From: Spirochaetia bacterium
GTDB taxonomy: Bacteria; Spirochaetota; Spirochaetia; DSM-27196; Salinispiraceae
Assembly (NCBI GenBank): GCA_038204425.1
Contig: JBBRCZ010000003.1
Coordinates: forward strand, 150,383 to 214,382
Reading direction: 5' to 3'
Length of the DNA: 64,000 bases
Shown: positions 37,740-48,467 of the stretch, one piece after another
Numbering within the stretch: position 1 is the stretch's first letter
Layout: every line of letters begins with the position of its first letter
Made by a program: the position numbers and the translations under genes
Notes under the pieces: generated by a model
Told to the model about the DNA's origin: nothing
What the model saw: the letters and a program-made list of their open reading frames with translations, nothing else
Database searches by the model: none

Positions 37740-38408
37740 ATGCAAAGAAAGAAGTGGGGTGTACTCTTTATAGGCGGGGAGGGCCCTTCTGAGCAGAGGG
37801 TAGCTCAAATCTGCCAAGATGCAGACCTTATCGCGGCGGCTGATGGTGGCTTACAAAAGGCTTTAGATTCGGGCGTTGTTCCTGCAGCAGTTATTGGTGA
37901 TATGGACAGTTTTACCTCTGCTATACCGGACGGAATTGAACTCGAGCACCATCCAATAGATAAGGACTACTCTGACACCGAACTGGGTATTGCTTGGCTA
38001 CGAAGAAAAGGCATGCAAAACATAGTTTTAATTGGTGGTGGTGGTGGACGAATGGATCATCTTTTTGCAATTATGACACTGTTTTGGTTGCCGAATCCAC
38101 CTTGTCGTTGGTATACGGCTCAGGATGAGTTAATCTTTGTCCGAGAATCAATGAGTATTGTCGCGCCATTGGAACAAATTGTGAGTATCTTTGCGATACC
38201 GGGCAAGCCCGTTAGTGCAAAGTCTCAGGGACTGTTTTGGCCACTGGACAATCTGGTCTTAGATACCAGTCATCTGAGTCTTTCAAATAGGGTAATTGCC
38301 AAGCAAGTGCAGCTGAGTGTTTTGTCGGGCGCTCTTTTGTTTTTGAGAAATCTATCAGATGATTCTAAGATCATTTCATTTAAGGCCAAGGTAGATGCTG
38401 ATAGCTAA
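37740..38408 (+). CDS. thiN: Thiamine diphosphokinase
   Basis: IAAADGG, IGDMDS, DKDYSDTE, GGRMDH, GLFWPL, LSN. Confidence 0.92.
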   Translation: MQRKKWGVLFIGGEGPSEQRVAQICQDADLIAAADGGLQKALDSGVVPAAVIGDMDSFTSAIPDGIELEHHPIDKDYSDTELGIAWLRRKGMQNIVLIGGGGGRMDHLFAIMTLFWLPNPPCRWYTAQDELIFVRESMSIVAPLEQIVSIFAIPGKPVSAKSQGLFWPLDNLVLDTSHLSLSNRVIAKQVQLSVLSGALLFLRNLSDDSKIISFKAKVDADS

Positions 38409-40340
38409 TTGGCAGCAAAGGAGCTCGCGGTGCCACCGAGAACAGTCAGTCAGTTAGTACAAGCTCTCACGGACAACGAGCGTCGTGAATTGTCTGAGCG
38501 AATCCAACGTAGTTTGTCGCTTGTTAAAAAAGATCAAGCTCCTATTTACCATGGTACGATTAACGCCGACTATCGTGCGCAAATGGTCAGTCAAGGTTTA
38601 CATGACCTTACGCTGGTCCAACGACTCAAGCTATGGATAAGAAAAGTCTTGAGTGGTCGTAGCAATGAAGAGCTTTTTGTGGAACTCAAATTAGCCGACA
38701 TGGGGCGCGAGCTGGGCAACGCAAACCTTGCAGACACTGCCTCTAAGACGGTGATGCCACGTTTTGCTGAAATGTGTCTCAAACTCTATCGTCGTGTACT
38801 GGTGCTCAAGCCATTCTTTGTGTTTCTGTGGGGCTCTGACGACAATATGCGCGAGGCGATCCAGGGATTGCTGCAAGCTAAAATACCAAATGCCAAAAAC
38901 GGTCTCAATGATTTTCTGACCCAGGACGAAATGGAGCAGCTTTTTGAAGAATCAGAAACTAAGGCTGCCTTGAGACAGGAACTCTTGAATCGACTTAATA
39001 GCTATCTCGACAATATTGCTCCTGATGTGTTTGCAAACATCGAAGAAGGCTTGCTACCTTTATATTATTTCAAAGAGCTTTGCTTTTACAACTTCCCTGG
39101 ACTACTGTCATTTTTTTTGGGTGGCGGCAAACTGCTCAAGGAGATCCCCAACCCTGACTTTAGGTCTTCCAGTATTGAGAAAGTACTTGACGAGCTAGAA
39201 CACTTGTACTTTGCGATGCATACGGCGACCAAAGGTGGAGATGGCGATCGTTTACATGCTGAGATCTATGAACATTATCAAGACAAACAGAAAGAGCTCG
39301 AAAAAAAGAAACTAACAGAAAGCATAGGCGCGCCGCAGAACTTCTTCGATCCAGTGGATAGAGAAATTTCCCCTCCCCAGCAAGAAACACTAGAGGCCTT
39401 AGATGAAGAGTTTGACCTAGCCAACGCCACTAGTGAACAAGATCTTATCACTAAAGTGGTAAAAAATGAAAAAGAGGATCTAATCAAAAACTTTAGGCGC
39501 ATGATCCGTGACACTGTCAAAGACGTCAGTTTGGTGCTTGAGAATGGCAAACTTGCCGATCTGATTCGATTCTTTCGCAATGATCCTTACTACAAGTTTC
39601 TTGCATATGTACCAAGTCTAAATCTGCGAGATTTTTATTACGCGTCAACTCGTATGCATGTCTTGGAAGAGCTTGACCAAAGTTACTCGTCATTGCGTGA
39701 GTTAGTGATAAAGCGTTTGATAAGAGGTGTCTTTAAGTTTGGTTTCAAGGAATTTGAGAACTATCGGCGCTTCCCAATGGGCATCAACAGAAGTTCGTTG
39801 CCTCCATTTAGGTATGTTGATTCTTTGTGTATTCTCCACAACTACCTTGGTTCCATTTTTGCAGCCTACGTGCGTGACTTGATGCGTATTTTAATGAAGG
39901 CCTTGCCGTCACGAAGCAAAGACAATCAAGGAGAGTTTACCTTTCATATCAACGGTCTTGAGAACATCTTTGAAAGTTTAAAGATTCTAGAGAATAGTTT
40001 TGCTATTGAAAACGCCGAGGGAAAAAATCTAAGTCGGCTAAGGTCCAACATGGAGAAGGATATTGGCCAAGAACGTATGTATCGCATCTATGTCATTCAA
40101 AAGGATAAGGAACTAAGGCCTTTGTTAGAAGAAGGGCTCGAGCACCTGCGAGCCTTAATTGACTTGTTGGAAGACGTGCTCAAGATGCCTGTGGACGTGA
40201 TTAATGAACGATTCCAAGCCGCTAGCGGCATGACTATCGCTGGTGGCTACTTCCAACGATTTAAAGATATTCAAAAAGAAATGAAGATGGCGGCCAAAGC
40301 AGTCCGCTACCAAAAACTATTGGAAGAAGAGAAAGTCTAG
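38409..40340 (+). CDS. Spirochaete-type conserved hypothetical protein (DUF5312-like)
   Basis: 643-aa helical ORF starting with LVQALTDNERRELSERI; abuts thiN. Confidence 0.55.
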   Translation: MAAKELAVPPRTVSQLVQALTDNERRELSERIQRSLSLVKKDQAPIYHGTINADYRAQMVSQGLHDLTLVQRLKLWIRKVLSGRSNEELFVELKLADMGRELGNANLADTASKTVMPRFAEMCLKLYRRVLVLKPFFVFLWGSDDNMREAIQGLLQAKIPNAKNGLNDFLTQDEMEQLFEESETKAALRQELLNRLNSYLDNIAPDVFANIEEGLLPLYYFKELCFYNFPGLLSFFLGGGKLLKEIPNPDFRSSSIEKVLDELEHLYFAMHTATKGGDGDRLHAEIYEHYQDKQKELEKKKLTESIGAPQNFFDPVDREISPPQQETLEALDEEFDLANATSEQDLITKVVKNEKEDLIKNFRRMIRDTVKDVSLVLENGKLADLIRFFRNDPYYKFLAYVPSLNLRDFYYASTRMHVLEELDQSYSSLRELVIKRLIRGVFKFGFKEFENYRRFPMGINRSSLPPFRYVDSLCILHNYLGSIFAAYVRDLMRILMKALPSRSKDNQGEFTFHINGLENIFESLKILENSFAIENAEGKNLSRLRSNMEKDIGQERMYRIYVIQKDKELRPLLEEGLEHLRALIDLLEDVLKMPVDVINERFQAASGMTIAGGYFQRFKDIQKEMKMAAKAVRYQKLLEEEKV

Positions 40341-40426
40341 GATGAGATAGTTTTGGACATTTTTCACGGTATCGCGTCGAATTGCCGTACAATGAACGCA
40401 ATCGACGTGGGGAAGGGTGCAAGTTA

Positions 40427-40801
40427 ATGTTAACAAGCAATCGCAGTGACCTAAAAATTGAAGTCGATTACTATTTACAGCGTTCGTTACATCTTTTGGA
40501 AACTGCTTCAACCATCGGCTTTTTTTTGATGCTTTTGTCGGCACTTATTTTTGCTATAGGCAATTTCCAAGGTTTTGTGTCTAAGAGCCAAGAACAACTT
40601 TTGACAATTATGCGCGTTATGGGAATTGCATTTGTTGGCATTAATACTTGGGCGCTGCTTTTTATTGTGCTTAGAAGTTTTCGACTCAAAAAGCTATTGG
40701 TTAAGAAGCTAGCTATGTCTCTATCTAGTTTGATCTTGGGCTTGCTGTTGGTATTGGTAGCAGGCTTTGTCTTGACGCTAATCGACGGCCAGGCGGCCTA
40801 A
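40427..40801 (+). CDS. Hypothetical membrane protein (3 TM)
   Basis: Three hydrophobic segments, GNFQGF loop. Confidence 0.6.
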   Translation: MLTSNRSDLKIEVDYYLQRSLHLLETASTIGFFLMLLSALIFAIGNFQGFVSKSQEQLLTIMRVMGIAFVGINTWALLFIVLRSFRLKKLLVKKLAMSLSSLILGLLLVLVAGFVLTLIDGQAA

Positions 40802-40803
40802 GC

Positions 40804-41592
40804 GTGGCTCTTCCCTACAAGACACCAATGCAGCTCCAACATATGAATACTGCCGGTCTCTTGATTCACCAACTATTTAGGATTTTGTCTAAAAAGATTC
40901 GGCCTGGCTTGCTGGGCAAGGACTTGGAGATTTTTTGCAATGATTACTTTAAGACAAACAAGTTGGAGCCCCTGCTTCTAGGGTATCAAGGCTTTCCTGC
41001 CAGTATCTGCCTCAATATCAATCAAACAGCCGCCCACGGCGTTCCCGCTTTTCAGGAAATTCAAGCCGGAGACCTTGTTACGGTAGATACAGCGGTTCGT
41101 TACAAAGGTTTTTGTGCCGATGCGGCCTGGACTTATTTGCTTCCGCCTTATACAGGTGCCGCTCAGAAAGCCGTTTTTAGTGCTTGGCAAGTGTCGGCAG
41201 TGGCAAGCAAAGCTCTACTGAGAGGAAAGGGTTTGTCAGGTCTGATCTACGACAGCGCAACACTTGCTAGGCAGCTTGGAGTACAAATTCTTTCACAATT
41301 TGGTGGACATGGAATTGGAAGGTCGATGCATGAAAAGCCGCGCTATTCTTGCCAAGCCGGCTTAACATTTTCGGATATCCCTGGCCCTGGACTTGTCTTG
41401 AGTGTCGAACCGATAGTGAGCCTAGGAAGTGATGCGGTCTTGCAAAAAGATGATGGCAGTTGGCAAACGCAAGATGGTGCACTGTGTGCGCAGTTTGAAC
41501 ACAATATTTACCTTGCTCACGGCGATACTATTGGTCAATGTCTGACGCTGCCTGAGCTGTTCTTGCTTGACGCCCAACAAGCACCATTCTAA
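40804..41592 (+). CDS. map: Type I methionine aminopeptidase
   Basis: GFPASIC..N..AHGVP, VTVD, DAAWT, GHGIGRSMHE, SVEP, AQFEH. Confidence 0.9.
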   Translation: MALPYKTPMQLQHMNTAGLLIHQLFRILSKKIRPGLLGKDLEIFCNDYFKTNKLEPLLLGYQGFPASICLNINQTAAHGVPAFQEIQAGDLVTVDTAVRYKGFCADAAWTYLLPPYTGAAQKAVFSAWQVSAVASKALLRGKGLSGLIYDSATLARQLGVQILSQFGGHGIGRSMHEKPRYSCQAGLTFSDIPGPGLVLSVEPIVSLGSDAVLQKDDGSWQTQDGALCAQFEHNIYLAHGDTIGQCLTLPELFLLDAQQAPF

Positions 41593-42689
41593 GCAATTGT
41601 CAGGTAGGCTTGTTTTCCCGACAAAGGAACCGCGTCGAGGCACTGCTTTAGTGCCACAATAAAGCGGGCGTTATGTTTGGCCAAACCGGTGCTAACTCGA
41701 ATACAATCTTCAAGTCCAAAACTCTCTAGCGGTCTAATGGTGATACCAAGCTCGGAAATGGCAGTATACATTTGCTTTGAGTTTCGCCTAGTGTCAATAC
41801 ACACAAAGTTGGCCTGAGACTCAACAAAAGCGAGGCCTAGCTGCTTGAGTTCGGTTTCAAAAAAGCGCAAACCGTCTAGATTGAGCTTGTAGGTCTGTGC
41901 AAAAAAACCTTTGTCGTTAAGTGCTGCTTGAGCAGCATTTAATGCGGGTCCACTTACATTAAAGGGGCCCTTTACCCGTAGTATTTTGGCTATAGTATCG
42001 CAATGAGCAATGCCGTAGCCGATTCTTAAGGCTGCAAGGCCATAAATCTTGGAAAAGGTGCGCGTCAGAATTAGGTTGGGGTAGCGAGAAACTTGATCTC
42101 TTAGGTCGGCGTAGTCTGGATTAGTGATATATTCCGCATAGGCTTGGTCCATGACAACGATAGTCTGTGATGGAACCTTGGCCATAAAGTGCTCAAACTC
42201 ATGGTTGAGAATTATGCTTCCAGTCGGATTGTTGGGCGAACATAGAAAAATAAATTTGGTTCTGGGGCCAATGGCCTCAACAAAGCGACCAAGTACAAAA
42301 TATCCCCTGTCTAGGGGCACTTTTTTTAACTGCCCGTCAAATAGTATGCTAGCAAACCGGTACTCCGAGAATGTATGGTCTGCGATCAAAACCTCGTCAC
42401 CAGGATTGAGAAAACTGGCCACCAGCATGGTAAGCACCTCGTCGCTGCCATTGCCAACAATAAAATTGCCGCTCGCAAGTTGATGAAAGTGAGCCAGGCC
42501 TTCTCGCAACGCGCAAGCTCCACCGTCAGGATACAACTGCAGGCTGGCAGCCGAAGCACTAAAGGCTAAGGCGGCGAGTGGAGAAGGGCCAAGTGGATTT
42601 TCGTTTGAGGCCATTTTTGTTTTGCCTGGAATTAGGGCACCTGGAACGTACGGTTTGAGTACTTCTAAACAAGAGCGAAGTTGAGGCAT
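41589..42689 (-). CDS. hisC: Histidinol-phosphate aminotransferase
   Basis: ASNENPLG, GNGSDE, SPNNPTG, DQAYAEY, RTFSKIYGLAALRIGY. Confidence 0.92.
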   Translation of the reverse strand: MPQLRSCLEVLKPYVPGALIPGKTKMASNENPLGPSPLAALAFSASAASLQLYPDGGACALREGLAHFHQLASGNFIVGNGSDEVLTMLVASFLNPGDEVLIADHTFSEYRFASILFDGQLKKVPLDRGYFVLGRFVEAIGPRTKFIFLCSPNNPTGSIILNHEFEHFMAKVPSQTIVVMDQAYAEYITNPDYADLRDQVSRYPNLILTRTFSKIYGLAALRIGYGIAHCDTIAKILRVKGPFNVSGPALNAAQAALNDKGFFAQTYKLNLDGLRFFETELKQLGLAFVESQANFVCIDTRRNSKQMYTAISELGITIRPLESFGLEDCIRVSTGLAKHNARFIVALKQCLDAVPLSGKQAYLTIA

Positions 42690-42764
42690 AGCTAACCTTT
42701 CCTATTCATATTAAGCAAGCCATAGTATCATGTACTTATTGCGCTAAGAAAGGGAGTTTTTTGC

Positions 42765-43499
42765 ATGTGGATCGAGATTTTGGGATATTTAGCTTCGGCT
42801 CTCATTGCTGTTTCAATGATTATGGTTTCAGTAGTAAGGCTTAGAATCATAAATCTTTTGGGTTCTACCTTATTTATAGTATATGCTTTGCTTCTGCCTT
42901 CAGTACCCGTTTTAATTGCTAATTTGTTTATAGTTGCCGTTAACATTTGGCATCTCAACAAATCATTTCGCAATGGACGCGCATACTGTGACTATATCGC
43001 GGTAGGATCGGAACGTCACGACCAGATTATGGAGTACTATGATGTGCATGCGGCGAGGATTGCTTCCTTCTATCCACATTTTGAGAAACGATTTATAGAT
43101 TTAGCTTGGCAGTTTGGTGGCCAAGTGTTCATTGCCTTTCATCAATCTAAAATCCGTGGTTTTGCGGTTTACATTCCTTTGTCCCAGCTCAAGAACATTG
43201 ACTTGGGAAACTACGCTGGTCTGAAGAAGTGTGTTGAATCTGCAGAAGAAATAAGCAAAATTGGTGATGCTGTGTTTTTGCTGCTAGATTATATAGATTC
43301 AAAGTATCGAGATCTTGGCCTTTACACAAAACTGTACAAACAGCTCAACTATCTTGGTTCGCGCGAGTTTGAGTCTATTTTTACCGTTTGCAACCACGAA
43401 ATAGGTCGCAGCAGAGCTTATTTTAAAACAAGAGGATTTAAACTCAAAGCGTCATCGTCTGGACTTGAGCTTTATCAGCTTGAGTTTCCGTTCTTTTAA
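42765..43499 (+). CDS. YgjV-like membrane protein with C-terminal GNAT-like domain
   Basis: LGYLASALIAVS..RLRIINLLGS N-terminal TMs; LDYIDSKYRDLGL...YFKTRGF. Confidence 0.6.
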   Translation: MWIEILGYLASALIAVSMIMVSVVRLRIINLLGSTLFIVYALLLPSVPVLIANLFIVAVNIWHLNKSFRNGRAYCDYIAVGSERHDQIMEYYDVHAARIASFYPHFEKRFIDLAWQFGGQVFIAFHQSKIRGFAVYIPLSQLKNIDLGNYAGLKKCVESAEEISKIGDAVFLLLDYIDSKYRDLGLYTKLYKQLNYLGSREFESIFTVCNHEIGRSRAYFKTRGFKLKASSSGLELYQLEFPFF

Positions 43500-43507
43500 G
43501 AAAGGTT

Positions 43508-43816
43508 TTAGATTTTTGGTGGATTCTTTTTTAAATAAGCATGATCGCCAGACATATCCACAATAAGGTCAGCAAGTACTGAGCGCAGACTGCTTGGTGT
43601 GGTTTTGGCAAAAATGAGCTCGGAAGACTCAATGCTAAGCTTAGGTGCTTCACCATTGACGCCGGGCTTGCATAGGCCCTTAACAGCGCGCATTATGGCT
43701 ACAATTTCATCGTTATCAAAACCATTTAGAACAACAACCCTGTTCCTAAGAGCAGGGTTGTCTAAAGATGCGCTGGAACTGTCCAAAGCATCAGATTTTT
43801 TGCCGTCCGTGACCAT
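43508..43816 (-). CDS. DUF3783-like protein
   Basis: VVVLNGF...IMRAVK...FAKTTPSSL...DLI....DH. Confidence 0.6.
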   Translation of the reverse strand: MVTDGKKSDALDSSSASLDNPALRNRVVVLNGFDNDEIVAIMRAVKGLCKPGVNGEAPKLSIESSELIFAKTTPSSLRSVLADLIVDMSGDHAYLKKNPPKI

Positions 43817-43822
43817 TTCTTA

Positions 43823-44200
43823 TCAACGCCGCCTTTTTATAGCATTGTTGATGATTTTCCTGATCTTCGCAAGGCTTTCTTTGTCTATCAAAACCAAGCG
43901 CGGATCGATGCGTTGGCCAATATTCTCTCGAGCACATATGAACTGAATCCATCGTGTGGTCCGATCAAGTAGTAGAGCAACGCTAGCCGTAGATTCATAA
44001 CCCTTGAGTGCAGGATGTTTCCTGCGCTCTGGGGACCTGAGATCGTTACACTTGAGAAAGTATTCTTTCTCTAGTTCGTCAAATACGATACGAGATGTAC
44101 CGTTGACAATGTAACCAATTTTGAACCGAGATATCCTATCGTAAACAGTACGGACCGGTATACCTAGTTCTTTTACAAGTTTATTAACTCCAAAGAACAC
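43823..44200 (-). CDS. Tandem helix-turn-helix DNA-binding protein
   Basis: Two MerR/Xis-like HTH repeats; AAGGAG SD before GTG. Confidence 0.55.
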   Translation of the reverse strand: MFFGVNKLVKELGIPVRTVYDRISRFKIGYIVNGTSRIVFDELEKEYFLKCNDLRSPERRKHPALKGYESTASVALLLDRTTRWIQFICARENIGQRIDPRLVLIDKESLAKIRKIINNAIKRRR

Positions 44201-44425
44201 AAAATGCTCCTTATATCAATAATATCCTAACACGAATGTTTTTTTTTGGCCACCCTGTTTTGTGGTAGTATGCCAAAATTCATTCACTTGCACTTTTTTG
44301 AACCTATATTCCATGACTGGCTCGGATTGACTTGTCAGCTTTGAGGGTGCTATGGTGCAATCCTCCATATATTTCAACTATAAGATTTGACGGCAAAAGT
44401 CGTCAGGAGGAAGGACAATTAAGCG

Positions 44426-44704
44426 ATGGGTTTGCGAGGCGAAGTCTACTCGACAAGAGTAAATGGAGAAAAAAGAACCTTCTTTTTCAATGTAAAAGAA
44501 AACAGAACTGGTGATTATTTCCTTACCATAGTGGAAAGTAAGAAGGAAGAGTCTGGTGACTTTGATCGTCATCAGGTTATGGTATATGAAGAAGAAATAG
44601 AGGCCTTTGCGCGTGAGTTTGGCAAGGCTGCTGCTATTATTCAGAAGAAACGTGATCTGGCGGCTCAAGCCAAGAGAGACGATGAATCGGACAGGGGCCG
44701 TTGA
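44426..44704 (+). CDS. bpuR: PUR-alpha-like ssDNA/RNA-binding protein (Bpur/DUF3276)
   Basis: RGEVYST...[23 protein letters not shown]...[10 protein letters not shown]. Confidence 0.85.
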   Translation: MGLRGEVYSTRVNGEKRTFFFNVKENRTGDYFLTIVESKKEESGDFDRHQVMVYEEEIEAFAREFGKAAAIIQKKRDLAAQAKRDDESDRGR

Positions 44705-45275
44705 TCCCAATCGCAGCTTTATGAGCAGCTGTTGCGTAGCCCATGTGTTTTTCAAAGCCGTAACGGGAATCTTTTTTAGCATATGCACACATATATCGGT
44801 CGCGGAACACTTTTGCAAGAATACTGGCGGCGGATATACATTGTATCAACGAGTCGCCATGGACAATTGGAGTAACGCGACCCAGGAAACCCTCTTGCTC
44901 CAGCTTGGGGCAGAACTTACCATCGACTAGTGCTGTTTGGACCTTAGCGATAGCGTCCGGAAAACTTACCTTTGCTTGTGCAAAAGCCATCTGCATGGCG
45001 AGCAGGCTTGCAAAGTGAATATTCAATAATTCAATTTGATCTGGCCAAACAAAGGCGTGTCCCCAAGCAAGTGCCTTGGCACTAATCAGCTCAAAAAGCT
45101 GCTCTCTTTTGTTGGCACTTAGCTTTTTGGAATCAGCAAGTCCTTCTATCGGTAAGTCTGGGTTAAGAACCACACAGGCGGCACTGACAGGTCCCGCCAA
45201 CGGCCCTCTGCCAGCTTCATCAAGTCCACAAATTTTGCTTTGATCTAAAAAGTCTTTAGTAAGGTCAAATGCCAT
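44637..45275 (-). CDS. rnhB: Ribonuclease HII
   Basis: [47 protein letters not shown]. Confidence 0.95.
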   Translation of the reverse strand: MAFDLTKDFLDQSKICGLDEAGRGPLAGPVSAACVVLNPDLPIEGLADSKKLSANKREQLFELISAKALAWGHAFVWPDQIELLNIHFASLLAMQMAFAQAKVSFPDAIAKVQTALVDGKFCPKLEQEGFLGRVTPIVHGDSLIQCISAASILAKVFRDRYMCAYAKKDSRYGFEKHMGYATAAHKAAIGINGPCPIHRLSWLEPPDHVSSE

Positions 45276-45472
45276 AGTAGCTGCTGAATTTCCTTTTTTT
45301 GGTGCTCGTATGATGAGCTTCTGATCCGGCTCATTTTAGCATTAACTCAATGCAACTGCCAACTCAAGTATCTTGACCGCAAATCTAATCCATAGTACTT
45401 TGGCATAATTACTTGTACCAAATAGAAATTCTTTTAAGCACCATATTTTCTCCTAGGAGTATATAAAAAATC

Positions 45473-47107
45473 ATGTTAACCGTTACTAATCTGTCGCTTA
45501 CTTTTGGCACTCGCTATTTGTTTAAAGAAGTCTCCCTCAAGTTCACTCCCGGAAACTGTTACGGCATCATTGGCGCTAATGGTTCGGGCAAGTCTACCTT
45601 TCTAAAGTGTTTGTCCAAAGAAATTGACTTTTACTCTGGCGAGATTAGTTTGGAAAATGGCCGCCGACTTTCGGTTCTTAAGCAAGATCAGTTTGCATTT
45701 GATGCCTTTACAGTGCTCAATACGGTTGTCATGGGCAACGAAGTTTTGTACAAGGTCTTTATTGAACGAGACCAACTGTATTCTAAGCCCGAAATGACGG
45801 ACGAAGAGGGCATGCGTGTTGCCCATCTTGAGGCCGAGTTTGGAGAAATGGGGGGGTATGAGTCAGAAAGCGAGGCTGGCATCCTTTTGGCAGGCCTAGG
45901 TGTTGAACAAAGTGATCACGCCAAACTAATGAGCGAGCTTGACCCCAGTCAAAAAGTGCGTGTCCTTTTGGCACAGGCGCTTTTTGGTAACCCTGATGTG
46001 CTCTTGCTTGACGAGCCAACCAACAACTTGGATCTTGAGAGCATAACCTGGCTTGAGGACTTTTTGTCCAAATTTGAGAATACGGTAATTGTTGTCAGCC
46101 ATGATCGTCACTTTCTCAACCAAGTTTGTACCCATACTTGTGACATCGACTTTACCAAGATTCAAATGTACGTAGGAAATTATGACTTCTGGTATATGGC
46201 TAGTCAGTTGTCTGCCAAGCAACGAAAAGATGACAAGAGAAAACGAGAAGACAAAGCAAGTGAGCTCAAAGAATTTATCCAGAGATTTTCTTCAAACGCT
46301 TCCAAAGCAAAACAAGCTACTAGTCGAAAGAAACTCTTAGAAAAACTAACTATTGATGAAATGCCAAGTACTACTAGACGTTTCCCTTACTGTGGCTTTA
46401 AGGCCGAGCGCGATTGTGGCAAAATTGTACTCAATGTTCACGAACTGAGCAAAAAAATCGAAGGTCAGCAGCTTTTTGAACGGTTTAATCTAACCGTTGA
46501 AGCTGGCCAAAAAATCGCCTTTGTCGGGCCGATGAACTTAGCCAAAACAGCGTTCTTTGACATCATCTGTGGTGAGCTTATTGCTGATAAAGGTGAGTTT
46601 GAATGGGGCGTAACCATTAAGCAAGGATATTTTCCTAAGGACAATACCACTATTTTTGCTAATGACATCTCTATTACAGATTGGTTGCGCCAGTATAGTC
46701 CTGTGCAAGATGAGGCCTATGTGCGTGGATTTTTGGGACGTATGTTGTTTTCTGGTGAAGAGGCGCTCAAACCAGTAAAAGTATTGTCAGGCGGGGAGAA
46801 GGTACGTTGCTTGTTGTCAAAACTGATGTTAACGAGTCCCAACGTTTTGGTGCTTGATGAGCCAACCAACCATTTGGATTTGGAGTCAATTACAGCCTTA
46901 AACGATGGACTGGTTGAATTTGATCAAGTGGTACTTTTTAACAGTCATGACCACCAGTTTATTTCAACCATAGCCAATCGCATCATAGAGTTTTGCCCAG
47001 GTGGAACTATCGACCGGCTGATGCCTTTTGATGAATATCTCAACAATCTGGACGTCAAGACTCTTCGTGACCAATACTGGCAGGGCCATATGCGGGCTCA
47101 GATCTGA
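45473..47107 (+). CDS. ABC-F family ATPase (YbiT/YkpA-like)
   Basis: Two NBDs without TMs; GANGSGKST, LLLDEPTNNLD, VSHDRHFLN, LSGGE, LDEPTNHLD. Confidence 0.92.
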   Translation: MLTVTNLSLTFGTRYLFKEVSLKFTPGNCYGIIGANGSGKSTFLKCLSKEIDFYSGEISLENGRRLSVLKQDQFAFDAFTVLNTVVMGNEVLYKVFIERDQLYSKPEMTDEEGMRVAHLEAEFGEMGGYESESEAGILLAGLGVEQSDHAKLMSELDPSQKVRVLLAQALFGNPDVLLLDEPTNNLDLESITWLEDFLSKFENTVIVVSHDRHFLNQVCTHTCDIDFTKIQMYVGNYDFWYMASQLSAKQRKDDKRKREDKASELKEFIQRFSSNASKAKQATSRKKLLEKLTIDEMPSTTRRFPYCGFKAERDCGKIVLNVHELSKKIEGQQLFERFNLTVEAGQKIAFVGPMNLAKTAFFDIICGELIADKGEFEWGVTIKQGYFPKDNTTIFANDISITDWLRQYSPVQDEAYVRGFLGRMLFSGEEALKPVKVLSGGEKVRCLLSKLMLTSPNVLVLDEPTNHLDLESITALNDGLVEFDQVVLFNSHDHQFISTIANRIIEFCPGGTIDRLMPFDEYLNNLDVKTLRDQYWQGHMRAQI

Positions 47108-47150
47108 TAGTTTTGGCAAACAAAAAGAACAAGGCAGTATAGGCTTTTAT

Positions 47151-48467
47151 ATGGAACTTTCGGCATTTGCGCACAAGTTTAGCTCACAGTCAGGCATCTT
47201 GGCCCTGATGGATGATATGGCCAAAGCAATAGCTGAAGCCGGTTCAAGTGAGCAAGCAGTGCTTATGCTTGGCGGTGGCAATCCTGACCATATCCCTGCT
47301 GTCAATAAAGTTTGGCGGCAACGTATGCAGCAAATTCTTGACAACGGCAATGAGTTTGAACGTATGCTTACAAACTATGACACACCGCGCGGTAGGCAGG
47401 AGTTTTTAACCGCTATCGCTGAGGCATTGCGTCAACGTTATGGCTGGAACATAGACGAGCGAAATATTGCCGTTACCAACGGCAGTCAAAGCGCCTTCTT
47501 TTATCTTTTTAACATCTTTGCCGGCCGCTATCGTGACGGCACTGTCCGCCATGTACTCTTTCCGCTCATGCCCGAGTATATAGGTTACGCCGACCAAAGT
47601 AGATTTGAGCATGACTTGTTGGGTCTGCCTGCTAAGATACAAGAACTTCCCAACAGGCGCTTTAAGTATCAAGTGGATTTTTTGGCACTGCAACAGCACT
47701 TTGTTGAGCAATCCAAGCGCAAGCCAGTTGCGGCATTGTGTGTTTCTCGCCCAACCAACCCAAGTGGCAATGTTTTGACAGACACTGAAATGAGTCAGCT
47801 TGCTAGCATAGCCAAGACGAATGAAATTCCACTATTTGTTGATAATGCTTATGGCTTGCCATTTCCAGGGATCGTCTTTTGCGAAGCTAAACCCTATTGG
47901 GATCAACATGTTGTTTTAAGCATGAGCTTGTCCAAACTCGGCTTGCCATCAACGCGGACGGGCATCATTGTGGCTAGGCCAGAATTGATTCAACTGATTT
48001 CCAACATCAATGCAGTTGTATCGTTGTCCTGCGGTAGTATTGGTCAGGCCTTGACCTTGCCTATGATTCGCGACGGAAGTATTTTTTCTTTAGCCAAAAA
48101 TACGATTGCGCCCTACTATCAAAAGAAAAGCCAGCTAATGCAGGCTTTTTTGGATAGAGAATTAAACGCCCACCGTATCGACTATCGTTTGCATCTCAGC
48201 GAAGGCGCCTTCTTTCTTTGGATTTTCTTGCCGGGATTTCCGGTCGATGCTCACCAAATTTACCAACGGCTAAAGTCCTTGGGCATGATTGTTGTCCCTG
48301 GTTCATACTTCTTTTACGGACTTGAAGGCCAAAATAAATCTTGGCTCAGGGAGCACGGCAGTCGCTGCTTAAGGTTGAGTTTTGCGCGAGGCACCGAAGA
48401 GCTCCAGGAAGCTGCTCACCTGCTTGCAAGTACTTTATCGACCATACTTGTGGAACAACAATCGTGA
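47151..48467 (+). CDS. avtA: Valine--pyruvate aminotransferase
   Basis: SGILALMDD, MLGGGNP, TNGSQSAFFYLFN, PEYIGYAD, SRPTNPSGNV, DNAYGLPFP, SLSKLGLP. Confidence 0.9.
   Translation: MELSAFAHKFSSQSGILALMDDMAKAIAEAGSSEQAVLMLGGGNPDHIPAVNKVWRQRMQQILDNGNEFERMLTNYDTPRGRQEFLTAIAEALRQRYGWNIDERNIAVTNGSQSAFFYLFNIFAGRYRDGTVRHVLFPLMPEYIGYADQSRFEHDLLGLPAKIQELPNRRFKYQVDFLALQQHFVEQSKRKPVAALCVSRPTNPSGNVLTDTEMSQLASIAKTNEIPLFVDNAYGLPFPGIVFCEAKPYWDQHVVLSMSLSKLGLPSTRTGIIVARPELIQLISNINAVVSLSCGSIGQALTLPMIRDGSIFSLAKNTIAPYYQKKSQLMQAFLDRELNAHRIDYRLHLSEGAFFLWIFLPGFPVDAHQIYQRLKSLGMIVVPGSYFFYGLEGQNKSWLREHGSRCLRLSFARGTEELQEAAHLLASTLSTILVEQQS

Noticed and set aside
43823..44200. Excisionase-like HTH as a sign of a prophage or ICE
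   Set aside because: No integrase, att repeat or phage genes nearby.
44637..44704. 68-nt convergent overlap of bpuR and rnhB
   Set aside because: Short 3' overlaps are common throughout this compact window; nothing suggests a function.
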